A stretch of 33,750 nt of DNA from Christensenellales bacterium. Lineage in GTDB: Bacteria > Bacillota > Clostridia > Christensenellales > UBA1242. Positions 1 through 8,764 of the stretch are shown piece after piece. Within the stretch, counting starts at the first letter, position 1. The number at the start of each line of letters is the position of its first letter. The notes below the pieces were generated by a model. That model was not told the DNA's origin. It was given only the letters and a program-made list of their open reading frames with translations, and did no database searches. The translations under genes were made by a program, and so were the position numbers. Location: contig JBJFDC010000042.1 of assembly GCA_051889215.1 (NCBI GenBank), positions 1 to 33,750 of the forward strand, read 5' to 3'.

Positions 1-74
1 TTCACTAGCTCAGTCGGTAGAGCACTTGACTTTTAATCAAGGGGTCCCGGGTTCGAGCCCCGGGTGGATCACCA
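1..74 (+). tRNA. tRNA-Lys (anticodon UUU); about 2 nt missing at the window edge
   Basis: D-arm GCTCAGTCGGTAGAGC, anticodon arm TTGA-CTTTTAA-TCAA (TTT at 32-34), T-loop GGTTCGAGCCC, encoded CCA at 72-74. Confidence 0.97.
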
Positions 75-282
75 AAATAACGCATTTACGCGTTATTTTT
101 TTATCACCCGTGGCTCGGTTTTGTTTCACAAAACAAATCCTGCGGATTTAACCCGGGACTGCCCGGGACGTCGCTTCGCTCCGAGAACGAGACCGTTGGT
201 CTCTTATACGTTCCCCGGGTGGATCACCAAAATAACGCATTTACGCGGTTATTTTTTTATCACCCGTGGCTCGGTTTTGTTT
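58..282 (+). repeat. Direct repeat of the tRNA 3' end plus terminator (58-126 and 213-282) around an 86-bp spacer
   Basis: CCCCGGGTGGATCACCAAAATAACGCATTTACGCG(G)TTATTTTTTTATCACCCGTGGCTCGGTTTTGTTT occurs twice, differing by one G. Confidence 0.92.
74..102 (+). terminator. Intrinsic terminator after tRNA-Lys (near-identical copy at 229-258)
   Basis: AAAATAACGC-loop-GCGTTATTTTTTT hairpin with a T-tract. Confidence 0.75.
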
Positions 283-311
283 ATGTTTATGTTTTGCTGG
301 CACACTTTTTA

Positions 312-745
312 TGTCATTTCGAGTGGAGACAAAGTCGGAGCGAGAAATCCAAAACCGTGCAGCAAGACGACCACAACACTCATAAAACCTTATAAAAAGA
401 ATGACAATCATATCCCGCTCGCCTCAACAAGACGGCATAAGGTTTTAAGAGATTTCTCCCCAAGGGTCGAGTCCTCGAAGTTGGAGGTCGAAATGACAAT
501 TGTGCAGTGCTCGATGGCAGGATGACACATCAACCCACATGTCATTGTGAGACGGACATGCGGAGTGTGGCTTTCTAACAATCCAGATCCTTAGATTGCC
601 CGTCAAGTAAGTTGGTCTCAGGATGACATGGAGTGATTGCCCGTCAAGTTTGCCCGTCGCACTTCGCTTTGCTCGTGGATGTCGCACTTCGTGCTCGATG
701 GCAGGATGACATGGATAGAATCACACTTGTCATTGTGAGACGGAC
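312..745. repeat. Cluster of TGTC-tagged palindromic REP/REPIN-like elements
   Basis: Inverted repeats: TGTCATTTCGA 312-322/488-498, GAGAAATC 342-349/451-458, and 538-553/615-630 (14/16). Exact direct repeats: 507-527/691-711, 540-557/728-745, 594-608/635-649. Confidence 0.8.
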
Positions 746-904
746 TTCAACGAAATGCGTTCTAGGAATCTATAAAAAGCATTTTGAATTCGGATGTTTT
801 GCTTGATGATGGAAGACAAAAAGATGCAAAAAACGACAAAAAATGACAAAAAAACAAAAAGTCGAAAATTTACAAAAAAAATGTGAAAAATGTGTGAAAT
901 TTGT

Positions 905-933
905 TTGACAGGTTGTTTTTTTATGAGTAATAT
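905..933 (+). promoter_or_regulatory. sigma-A promoter of the TasA-like gene
   Basis: TTGACA(905-910)-17 bp-TAATAT(928-933), preceded by phased A-tracts. Confidence 0.65.
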
Positions 934-939
934 GAAGGT

Positions 940-1221
940 ATAAATCAAATCAATGAAAGCAGTTGGGGGCTAAAATTTGACTAGATTACATAACATGACG
1001 GAATTTTAGTGAGCCCTTAACAACAGGGCTCACTGTTTGATTTATGGGGTAAACGGCGTTTTTGCAACGCAAAAATGAAGTTTACTCATTTATGGGATTA
1101 TCAATTTGTTTTGTCCAAAACCTGTAGTCGATTAAGGAAGAGATTCCGATATGGCGAGGACAAAAGAGCAAAATGATGATTCAGAAAAAAATATTAAAAA
1201 AAACAAAAAGGAGATTAAAAA
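940..1221 (+). promoter_or_regulatory. Long structured 5' leader; candidate cis-regulatory RNA
   Basis: Stems 1008-1017/1025-1034, alternative 962-977/1002-1021, 1047-1087, and 1109-1165 containing a GGAA-GAGA-TTCC GNRA hairpin. Confidence 0.5.
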
Positions 1222-1959
1222 ATGAAAACAAAGAAAATTTCATGGCAAGCAATTGCAATCGTTGCTCTCGCACTTGTTCTCATTGCAGCAATCGCGCTCG
1301 GTGTATCCGGTGCTTGGTTCCAAGATCAAGACAGTGCAACAACAACAGCAACTCTTGGCGAAGCTGTAACAGTTAAACTTGCAGACGCAACAACAGGTGA
1401 TGCACCTGTAACATGGCAAGGACTTTATACAGGTGAAGCATTCCCTGGCGACACTGTTCTTGGCACAACAAAAGTTATGCCTGGTTCAGATTCAGGAATG
1501 GTTCTTCGTTACAAAGTTTCAACAATCGTTAAAGATGGCGCAACAGAAGTGACAGATTCTTATATCGACACTTACACAGAAGTAAATATGCCAACATATT
1601 ACAAAGGCACACTTGACGAATTCAGAACTCAAGCTAAAGCATCACTCGCATTGTTGACAACAGAAATCAACAATGGTATTGTTGCAGCAGCTAACTGGGG
1701 AACAACAAAATCAACAGCAGGTTATTTCTACTACACAAAAGTTGTTCAATCAACAGCTGACATTGCTCTCTTTGAAACAGGAGTTACAATTCCAAAGGGC
1801 GTAACAAACGAAGCTGCAGAATGGACAGTTGAAATTTCTCTTACTGTTGAAGCTATGCAAGCAGCAAACATCACAGATGCTGAAAACCCATGGTCAACAG
1901 ATCTTACAGCTGATGTTACAACTGCTATCACAGAATATAACGATGCAAGAACAATTTAA
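1222..1959 (+). CDS. Secreted protein with SipW-cognate signal peptide (TasA/CalY-like fibre subunit)
   Basis: Basic N-terminus, hydrophobic helix, then SGAWFQD matching the SipW-class T/S-x-A-x-F-x-D motif, and a 'FPGD' motif. AAGGAG RBS. Codon bias looks like a highly expressed gene. Confidence 0.75.
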   Translation: MKTKKISWQAIAIVALALVLIAAIALGVSGAWFQDQDSATTTATLGEAVTVKLADATTGDAPVTWQGLYTGEAFPGDTVLGTTKVMPGSDSGMVLRYKVSTIVKDGATEVTDSYIDTYTEVNMPTYYKGTLDEFRTQAKASLALLTTEINNGIVAAANWGTTKSTAGYFYYTKVVQSTADIALFETGVTIPKGVTNEAAEWTVEISLTVEAMQAANITDAENPWSTDLTADVTTAITEYNDARTI

Positions 1960-1974
1960 TTGTTAATCTGAAAT

Positions 1975-2007
1975 AAAAAAAGACTAGGTCTTCACCTAGT
2001 CTTTTTT
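1975..2007. terminator. Bidirectional intrinsic terminator
   Basis: A6-AGACTAGGT-cttc-ACCTAGTCT-T tract between convergent genes. Confidence 0.85.
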
Positions 2008-2057
2008 GTTGTTTTTATATGTTGAATCAATCAATAAATATGAATTTGAGTGAGCGA

Positions 2058-3548
2058 CTAAAAGAATACTTCAAAAGTTTGAGTTGGAGTTTGGGCGTCA
2101 GCAGGATAGTAGTTTATTTTGTTGCCAACGCGTTCAAAATGTGTTCCATCTGCGCCGAGCCAATATTCTTGCACATTTTCAAGAATTTGAGTTGATTCAA
2201 TGCGATATTCTTTGGTTTCGGAATCTTTTTTGATGATAATTTTTTTGCAATCTTTTCCAACACGCATATATGCTTCGATTGAGTCGTCAGCACGCAAATA
2301 TGCGTTTATGTGTGTGCCAACTCCGAGTTCAAGACGAGGCGGATTTGTGTTGTCTTGGATATAGTATGTCATAAAACTTTTGCCGTTTGCTCTTGTTGCA
2401 AATCCGACAATATCTTTGTTGCCATCAAAATTGTCAAGCCGATGAAGCCCTGCACAGTCGGCAAAAGTGTCGTCAGAATCTTTTATGATATAAATTGTTG
2501 AATACTGGTGATTATAACAAAGGTTGTTGTCATTTTCTATTGCAAGAATATATGGAGCATCAATTGTCACACTATTTTGAATTGTTAAGTCATATGCTCC
2601 ATCTGACAAAATTATATCGTCATGCGCTATATATTCGGTTTCACTGTCAGTGACTTTTGAACATAAGGATATTCGACGGGTAGTGCTATAATTTGAGTAG
2701 TTTGACCACATAATCCCGGGGTTTTCATAGCGCGTGACTGTTCCGTCAGACGAAATTCGATAATCAAAAAATGGGGTCAAAAAGTTATATTTTCTATAAT
2801 TGTTAAAAACGCCAGTTCGAAACATTGATGTGTCGAGCGACAAGTTTTCATCTGCCGTTTGCGCTGAAAAACGCGGTTTTTCGTCAATGCAAGTTGTCGT
2901 CATGAGGTTTTTGTTGGGCCCTGCCGCGACCATAAAATCATGAGTTCGTGTGATAAACTGGACATTGGTGCCAAACAATTCAACAACAAAATAATCTGGT
3001 TTGATATATGTTGTGAATGTGCTATCTGGACATGTGTTGGATATTTTGACTTTTAGTTTATGTCCGCCTGTGTTTGATGTGAAAATATGCGTGAATTCAA
3101 TCGGGGTTTCCTCGGGACCATTTTCATATGTCGTTTCTTTTGTGTATATCTCTTGATCATCAAGAATTATGCTTGTTGTTGCTGTTCGTGGTTGAGATGC
3201 GGGGAACGTGTTTTTTTGCGTGAATGAAATGTGCATCTTCACACGGCTATTTGGTCGTGCAGCAAAGTAAATTAAAAGTGGTTCCCACAGACTGTCGCGA
3301 TAGGTGTTGTCGACAACTTTGATGACATCATAACTCAAAAATTCAATCTTTTCTTCGTTGCTTGACGAATCTTGCAATTTGGAAACTTCAGTGTTGAGAT
3401 TTGACAATTCAGTTTCAGCGGAACTGATTTTTTGTGACATCTCGGTGAGATTTTCTTCGCCTTCCTTGTTTTTTTTCATCAAATAATTAATTTTTTGCTT
3501 GTTTTGGTCAATATCAAAGCGAATTTTGTTTTCTTCAAATTCCTTCAT
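2058..3548 (-). CDS. Hypothetical protein (~496 aa): N-terminal coiled coil, beta-rich body
   Basis: Long ORF. AGGAGG RBS just before the ATG at 3548 (MKEFEENK...), so the true start is probably downstream of the ORF-track start. Confidence 0.8.
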   Translation of the reverse strand: MKEFEENKIRFDIDQNKQKINYLMKKNKEGEENLTEMSQKISSAETELSNLNTEVSKLQDSSSNEEKIEFLSYDVIKVVDNTYRDSLWEPLLIYFAARPNSRVKMHISFTQKNTFPASQPRTATTSIILDDQEIYTKETTYENGPEETPIEFTHIFTSNTGGHKLKVKISNTCPDSTFTTYIKPDYFVVELFGTNVQFITRTHDFMVAAGPNKNLMTTTCIDEKPRFSAQTADENLSLDTSMFRTGVFNNYRKYNFLTPFFDYRISSDGTVTRYENPGIMWSNYSNYSTTRRISLCSKVTDSETEYIAHDDIILSDGAYDLTIQNSVTIDAPYILAIENDNNLCYNHQYSTIYIIKDSDDTFADCAGLHRLDNFDGNKDIVGFATRANGKSFMTYYIQDNTNPPRLELGVGTHINAYLRADDSIEAYMRVGKDCKKIIIKKDSETKEYRIESTQILENVQEYWLGADGTHFERVGNKINYYPADAQTPTQTFEVFF

Positions 3549-3693
3549 TTTTCCTCCTATGTGAAAATCATATAGGACAAAATTGCTGCAATCAATGTTT
3601 TGTGCCAAAAATTTTTTAATTAAAATTTGGGCGATTAATTGTGATTACACAAAACATTTTTGACTTTGTCGAATTTTGGGTTATAATAAATTT

Positions 3694-4245
3694 ATGGAAA
3701 TTCAAATTATTGAGGCAATTCAAGGACTAAACTCAAATTTTTTGTTGTTTTTGACAACCATTGTTTCATTTCTTGCGAGTTGGATTGGCTTTGTGTTTGT
3801 TCTCATAACTTTTTTGTTGTTCACGAGATTTCGATATGCGCTCACATTTGCTGTGACGAGTGGTGTGGTTTCTGCAGTTGTCAACATTGTCAAGGTTGTT
3901 GTCCAAAGACCAAGGCCATGGGTTGAAAGTGAAACAGTTGCAAATCTTCTTGAGGCGAGTGGATATTCAATGCCTAGCGGTCACACTGCAACTTCTGTTG
4001 TTATTGCGGTGTTCTTGGCTTATTGGGTTTTTAAGACAATAAAAAACAAGCCACTCAAGGTTTCGCTTGTCGTGCTTTGTGCGCTTTATGTTGTGCTCAC
4101 AATGTTTTCGCGTATGTTTTTGGGGCAGCACTATTTGTCTGATGTTTGTGTTGGGTTCGCGGTGAGTGGTGTTATTTCGACCTCCGCAATCATCATTTAT
4201 GAAAAATATATCAAATCGCTCAAATTCAAGAAGAAAAGGAAATAA
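3694..4245 (+). CDS. PAP2-family membrane phosphatase
   Basis: Motifs KxxxxRPRP, SMPSGH and SRMFLGQHYLSDV; several TM segments. Confidence 0.92.
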   Translation: MEIQIIEAIQGLNSNFLLFLTTIVSFLASWIGFVFVLITFLLFTRFRYALTFAVTSGVVSAVVNIVKVVVQRPRPWVESETVANLLEASGYSMPSGHTATSVVIAVFLAYWVFKTIKNKPLKVSLVVLCALYVVLTMFSRMFLGQHYLSDVCVGFAVSGVISTSAIIIYEKYIKSLKFKKKRK

Positions 4246-4317
4246 CTTTGTTGAATGGCCGCAACATTTATTTTGTAAATGCTTTGATTAATTTTTTGTT
4301 TGGTTTATAATATGGGC

Positions 4318-4749
4318 ATGAAAATTGAACTTATTACTAATTCGGCAAACGATACGATTGAGTTTGGCAAGAGTGTTGCAAGAGCTGTTGGGAGCGGCTC
4401 GGTGATTTCGCTTGTCGGAGACTTGGGTGCGGGAAAAACCACTTTTACAAAGGGCGTTGCACGAGCCATGGGCATCATGGATAATGTCACGTCGCCAACT
4501 TTTACCATTCTCAATGAATATGTGGGTGAAGAAGCAAGACTGTATCACTTTGATTTTTATCGCATTGAGGACGAGAGCGAACTCGAAGAACTGGGTTTTG
4601 AAGACTATTTTCCAAGTTCTGATGGACTTACGATTGTTGAGTGGGTGGAAAAAGCGCCAAGCGTGTTGCCAAAAAGATTTTATCAAATCACTTTTGAAAA
4701 AATTGATGACGACAGGCGAAGAATTATATTTGAGGAAATTGAGAAATGA
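4318..4749 (+). CDS. tsaE: tRNA t6A biosynthesis ATPase TsaE
   Basis: GDLGAGKTTF P-loop, VTSPTF, HFDFYR, IVEW motifs. Confidence 0.96.
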   Translation: MKIELITNSANDTIEFGKSVARAVGSGSVISLVGDLGAGKTTFTKGVARAMGIMDNVTSPTFTILNEYVGEEARLYHFDFYRIEDESELEELGFEDYFPSSDGLTIVEWVEKAPSVLPKRFYQITFEKIDDDRRRIIFEEIEK

Positions 4750-5405
4750 AAAACGTTTTATGTTTGAACACATGTTTCCGCTCTGCTGAAATCGTGGCAG
4801 TGGGAGAGAGTGCGGAATTTGAGCGGGTTGACGCAAACTGCAAGCATTCTGAACACGTGTTGCCAGAAGTTGAAAAAGTGCTTGAAAAGGCAAATTTGGA
4901 CGCAAAAAACATCGATGTGTTGGGAGTTTGTGTGGGGCCGGGGTCTTTTACTGGCATTCGCATTGGTGTGGCACTCGTCAAGGGTTTGGGCTTTTCAAGG
5001 GACTTGCCTTGTGTTGCTTTTAATTCTTTTGAGATTATTGCAGAACAATACTTTTTGAATGAACCAGAGGCGGAAGAGGTTGTTGTTGTGCTTGATGGAC
5101 TGGGGGGCTTTGTGTTTGTTTCAAAACTTGCTCGTGGTGGAAAAACTTTGACAATGCCAACATGTCTTGACCAATGCAAAATGACTGAATTTATCAAACA
5201 AAATGCTTGTGCCTATGTTTGTCATGAAGACGACAAGAACAAGTTTGCGCTCACTCCAATAACACTTTCGCAAAAGGCATATGAAGAGGTTTTGGAGCGG
5301 AAGTTTTTGGCGGGTGAGGTGGTTTCATGTGCGGAAATTTCTCCGCTATATCTTCGCAAGAGTCAAGCAGAGGTTGAACTGGAGAAGAAAAATGCAAATC
5401 AGTGA
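4746..5405 (+). CDS. tsaB: tRNA t6A biosynthesis protein TsaB
   Basis: HSE, GPGSFTGIRIG and C-terminal PLYLRKSQAE motifs; ATGA overlap with tsaE. Confidence 0.95.
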   Translation: MKNVLCLNTCFRSAEIVAVGESAEFERVDANCKHSEHVLPEVEKVLEKANLDAKNIDVLGVCVGPGSFTGIRIGVALVKGLGFSRDLPCVAFNSFEIIAEQYFLNEPEAEEVVVVLDGLGGFVFVSKLARGGKTLTMPTCLDQCKMTEFIKQNACAYVCHEDDKNKFALTPITLSQKAYEEVLERKFLAGEVVSCAEISPLYLRKSQAEVELEKKNANQ

Positions 5406-5826
5406 GTTTTGTTGGGAGGATATTGGCGCAATTTATGCCATTCTTGCAACAGAAAAAAACGGAGCATGGACATATGAGCAACTTGAGCATTCTTTGAGAC
5501 TTGAGAATGTTCTCTGCTTTGTTGCAAAAAATGATGACAAAGTTTTGGGGTTTGTTTTGATTGAGGAAACACCATATGACTTTGACATTTTGGAAATCGT
5601 GATTGAACAAACTTTGCGCGGGAGAGGAATTGGAACAATGCTCATAAAGAGAGTTTTTGATTATGCAAAAAGCACGCATAAAGAAAAAGCAACCCTGGAG
5701 GTCGCTTCGGATAATGTGCCTGCCATATCTCTTTATGACAAAGTTGGTTTTTCTCAAATTGCGGAGCGAAAAAATTATTATAAGAATGGAAAAAATGCTT
5801 TGGTTTTCCAAAAACAATTCATTTGA
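5392..5826 (+). CDS. rimI: Ribosomal protein S18 alanine N-acetyltransferase
   Basis: GNAT motif RGRGIG, LEVxxxNxPAIxLY and RKNYY; follows tsaB. Confidence 0.9.
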   Translation: MQISEFCWEDIGAIYAILATEKNGAWTYEQLEHSLRLENVLCFVAKNDDKVLGFVLIEETPYDFDILEIVIEQTLRGRGIGTMLIKRVFDYAKSTHKEKATLEVASDNVPAISLYDKVGFSQIAERKNYYKNGKNALVFQKQFI

Positions 5827-5841
5827 TTGTAATTTTTGTTC

Positions 5842-7002
5842 CTATCTTAATTTTATTCGTTGTTTTGTGTTTGATTTGAGATAACTCAATATTGCGGGAG
5901 ATGAATAGTGATAGGCATTTTTGTGCTTGTCATTATTTTTTGATATGGCAGATGAGATAAGGTTGTCAACGAGTTCAGAAAAAGTCATTTGTGAATCAAA
6001 CATATGGTTTGAAAGTGAGCCGGGAATTGTGTTTATTTCATTCACATAAATTTTTTGTGTGTCGAGGTCAATCATGAAATCAATGCGGACGACGCCGTCG
6101 CAGTCGCACGCGACAAAACTTTCCTTTGCAAGCGCTTTGATGAGTTCTTTTTGAGATTTTTTTAGTTTTATATCTTTTTCGGAGAGCACCTGCTTTTCGC
6201 CTTTTGTTGGCGAAGAGAGATATTTGTCATCAAATGTGAGAATATCTGATGTTGTTTTTGGCTCTTCAAGCGTGCTGGTCAATATTTTTTCGCCCACTTT
6301 GAGAACTGCACAATTTATTTCCATGAGATTTTCAACACATTTTTCAATTATAGCAATTTTATCAAAGTTGAATGCCAAATTGAGGCACTCTTCAAGTTCA
6401 CTTTGGTCGTGGCATTTTGAAATCCCGATTGAACTGCCACTGTTTGCTGGTTTGATAATCAAGGGATAACCAAGTTTTTGGGCTTGCTCAATAATTTCAG
6501 TTTTGTTTTCTTCAAAGGTTTGGCGAGTTGCAAAAATATGTTTTACAATGGGGATTTTGTGGCTTAAAAAGATGTCTTTCATAATTTTTTTGTTCATGCA
6601 GACTGCTGACGAACAAACTCCGCAAGATGAATATGGAATGTCGCTCATTTCCAAAAGACCTTGCAAGCACCCATCTTCGCCGCCAGCACCATGACAACAG
6701 AGCAGGGCAAAATCAATGTCGAGTGTTCGCTTGATTTTTTTGCCTTTTATGATTCCCGCTTGCCTTTGGCCATCAAGGATAACAAATCGCGACACCCCTT
6801 TTTGTTTTGGGCAAAAGTCGACAAATGTTTTTAGGTCAAAGAGCTTTTCGCCAGTGTAAAAAAGTCCGTTTTTGTCGATATAGGCAGGGAAGATTTGATA
6901 TTTTGTTGAGTCAATCACACCCAGTGTTTGGATTGCCGTGATGATTGAAATGTCGTGTTCGGCACTTTTGCCGCCAAAAAATACAAATACATTTTTTTTC
7001 AT
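5842..7002 (-). CDS. ddl: D-alanine--D-alanine ligase family protein
   Basis: FGGKSAEHDIS, HGxxGEDG, KPANSGSSIGI and NEINTIPGS motifs; start taken at MKKNVFVFFGG. Confidence 0.93.
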   Translation of the reverse strand: MKKNVFVFFGGKSAEHDISIITAIQTLGVIDSTKYQIFPAYIDKNGLFYTGEKLFDLKTFVDFCPKQKGVSRFVILDGQRQAGIIKGKKIKRTLDIDFALLCCHGAGGEDGCLQGLLEMSDIPYSSCGVCSSAVCMNKKIMKDIFLSHKIPIVKHIFATRQTFEENKTEIIEQAQKLGYPLIIKPANSGSSIGISKCHDQSELEECLNLAFNFDKIAIIEKCVENLMEINCAVLKVGEKILTSTLEEPKTTSDILTFDDKYLSSPTKGEKQVLSEKDIKLKKSQKELIKALAKESFVACDCDGVVRIDFMIDLDTQKIYVNEINTIPGSLSNHMFDSQMTFSELVDNLISSAISKNNDKHKNAYHYSSPAILSYLKSNTKQRIKLR

Positions 7003-7065
7003 AGTGTTTTTTATGAAAAACAAAAAAAATATGTTCTTTTTGATGATTACGATAACTTCATGCAT

Positions 7066-7097
7066 AAAAAACGGAGTTAAGAACATTCTTAACTCCG
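7066..7097 (-). terminator. Intrinsic terminator between murF and ddl
   Basis: 12-bp stem CGGAGTTAAGAA/TTCTTAACTCCG with T6 on the minus strand. Confidence 0.8.
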
Positions 7098-7125
7098 CTG
7101 ATTAACATATTCGATGAAATTGATT

Positions 7126-8760
7126 TTAAGTGTAGTTGTCTGGCAGGTCATTTTCAAACAAAACGACATCGCCCTTTTGCAAAATTTCTTTGAGTTTGAG
7201 TTGAGCATGGTCAAGTGTTGGGGTGGTGAATATATTTTCGGGTTGCATTCCGCCATCTGTTAGACCTTGAACAAGACTTTCTTTGTTTGTTTCATTAACA
7301 ATGATTGCAATGTCGGCGATTTTTGCGATGTTTTCGCCAAACTTTTTGTTTTCTTCAAATTCGCGGTTTCCAAGTTCAATAAGTCCCGGAGTGACCACGA
7401 TTTTGCGGCCAGAAAAGAGTGCCAAAGTGTTGAGTGACTGAACAGAAGATTCTGGGCTGGAGTTATAGGAATTATCGAGAATTTTGACACCATTGCTATT
7501 TATTAGTTCAAGTCTATGGGCAACAGGTTTGAGTTTTGATATTCCTTTTGCAATTTGAGAATTTGTTAGGTTGAGTTTTTTTGCCATTGCAATGCACATG
7601 AGAATGTTTGTGACATTATGGAGTCCAACGAGTTTTGTCTTGCAGACGATTTCTTCATCGCCAATGACTGCAACGAATTCTGTTCCAGATGATGATGTTT
7701 TGATGTCTTTTGCAAATACTGTGCATTTTTGGTTTTCAAGACTTGTTGTTGAGTGTGAAACTTTGCATTTTTCGGATAGTTCTTGGCAAATAGCGTTGTC
7801 GCAATTAAACACCGCATGACCATAGACTGGCAAACTTTCGATGAGCTCATTCTTTGTTTTTGCAATGTTTTCCAAATTTCCAAATGTGTCAAGATGTTGT
7901 GGCGCAACAGAAGTGAGAATGGCATATTGAGGATGAATAAGGTCACAGAGTTCTTTTATGTCGCCAACTTGCTTTGCGCCCATTTCTGCAATAAGAATTT
8001 GATTGTCTGGCTTGAGATAGTCAAGCACAACTTTTGTCAGTCCCATTGCTGTGTTGAACGAATATGGACTGATGCAAACCGAATATTTTTCACTCAAAAT
8101 TGTGTTGAGAATATATTTTGTGCTTGTTTTTCCATAACTGCCGGTGATTCCGATTTTTATTAGGGTTGGGAATTTGCCGAGTTTTGCTTTTGCACCATTG
8201 AGATATTTTAGGTTGATCAACTTTTCAAGCGGAATCATGACAAAGTGGCAAAACGGAACAAGAATTGAGAGCAAAATTGGCGTTATTGCAATGATAATAT
8301 AGCGAATATGTGGAAGATAAACATTTGAAACACAAAGAAGTCCGAAATTGACGATTAGGTTTACAATCAAAAGACATGTTATCAATCTGTTCATTCGATG
8401 AGTTTGTTTGAGTGGGGTCTTTTTTGGTGCGGTATACATTCTCTTTATAAACACTCCCGAAAAAAGTGCATAAAAGGCAATGCCGGCATAAGAAGCGTAG
8501 TGCATGGGTTCAAGACCGTCAACAACTGAAACAAACACGAGCATACATGCGAAACTGAGGAATGAGAGCATAAAAATTCTCGAAAAATATCTGCCCGGTG
8601 TTTTTCTCAACCAAGCATTGTATCCATAAATTTTGTAGCCAGAAAGTTGCAGGATTTGAAGAAACTTATATCCTGTGAAACAGAGCAACACACTATTGAG
8701 AATTGTCAGAGCAATCGTCACATATAAATGCGGATTGGTTGCGGAAAAAAATTCTGCCAT
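7126..8760 (-). CDS. murF: MurF-family ligase with N-terminal multi-TM domain
   Basis: GITGSYGKTSTK P-loop, AEMGA, DNSYNSSP, TPGLIELG and ENDLPD motifs; ~180 hydrophobic N-terminal residues. Confidence 0.88.
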   Translation of the reverse strand: MAEFFSATNPHLYVTIALTILNSVLLCFTGYKFLQILQLSGYKIYGYNAWLRKTPGRYFSRIFMLSFLSFACMLVFVSVVDGLEPMHYASYAGIAFYALFSGVFIKRMYTAPKKTPLKQTHRMNRLITCLLIVNLIVNFGLLCVSNVYLPHIRYIIIAITPILLSILVPFCHFVMIPLEKLINLKYLNGAKAKLGKFPTLIKIGITGSYGKTSTKYILNTILSEKYSVCISPYSFNTAMGLTKVVLDYLKPDNQILIAEMGAKQVGDIKELCDLIHPQYAILTSVAPQHLDTFGNLENIAKTKNELIESLPVYGHAVFNCDNAICQELSEKCKVSHSTTSLENQKCTVFAKDIKTSSSGTEFVAVIGDEEIVCKTKLVGLHNVTNILMCIAMAKKLNLTNSQIAKGISKLKPVAHRLELINSNGVKILDNSYNSSPESSVQSLNTLALFSGRKIVVTPGLIELGNREFEENKKFGENIAKIADIAIIVNETNKESLVQGLTDGGMQPENIFTTPTLDHAQLKLKEILQKGDVVLFENDLPDNYT

Positions 8761-8764
8761 AAGT

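Noticed and set aside
58-745. Possible CRISPR array
   Set aside because: Repeats occur only two or three times with irregular length and spacing, and there are no cas genes.
64-948. ORFs 64..525, 445..687 and 730..948
   Set aside because: They run through the tRNA, repeats and A-tracts, lack an RBS, and their repeated peptides only mirror the DNA duplication.
4288-5817. Long antisense ORFs over tsaE/tsaB/rimI
   Set aside because: They lie opposite well-supported genes and show no protein features.
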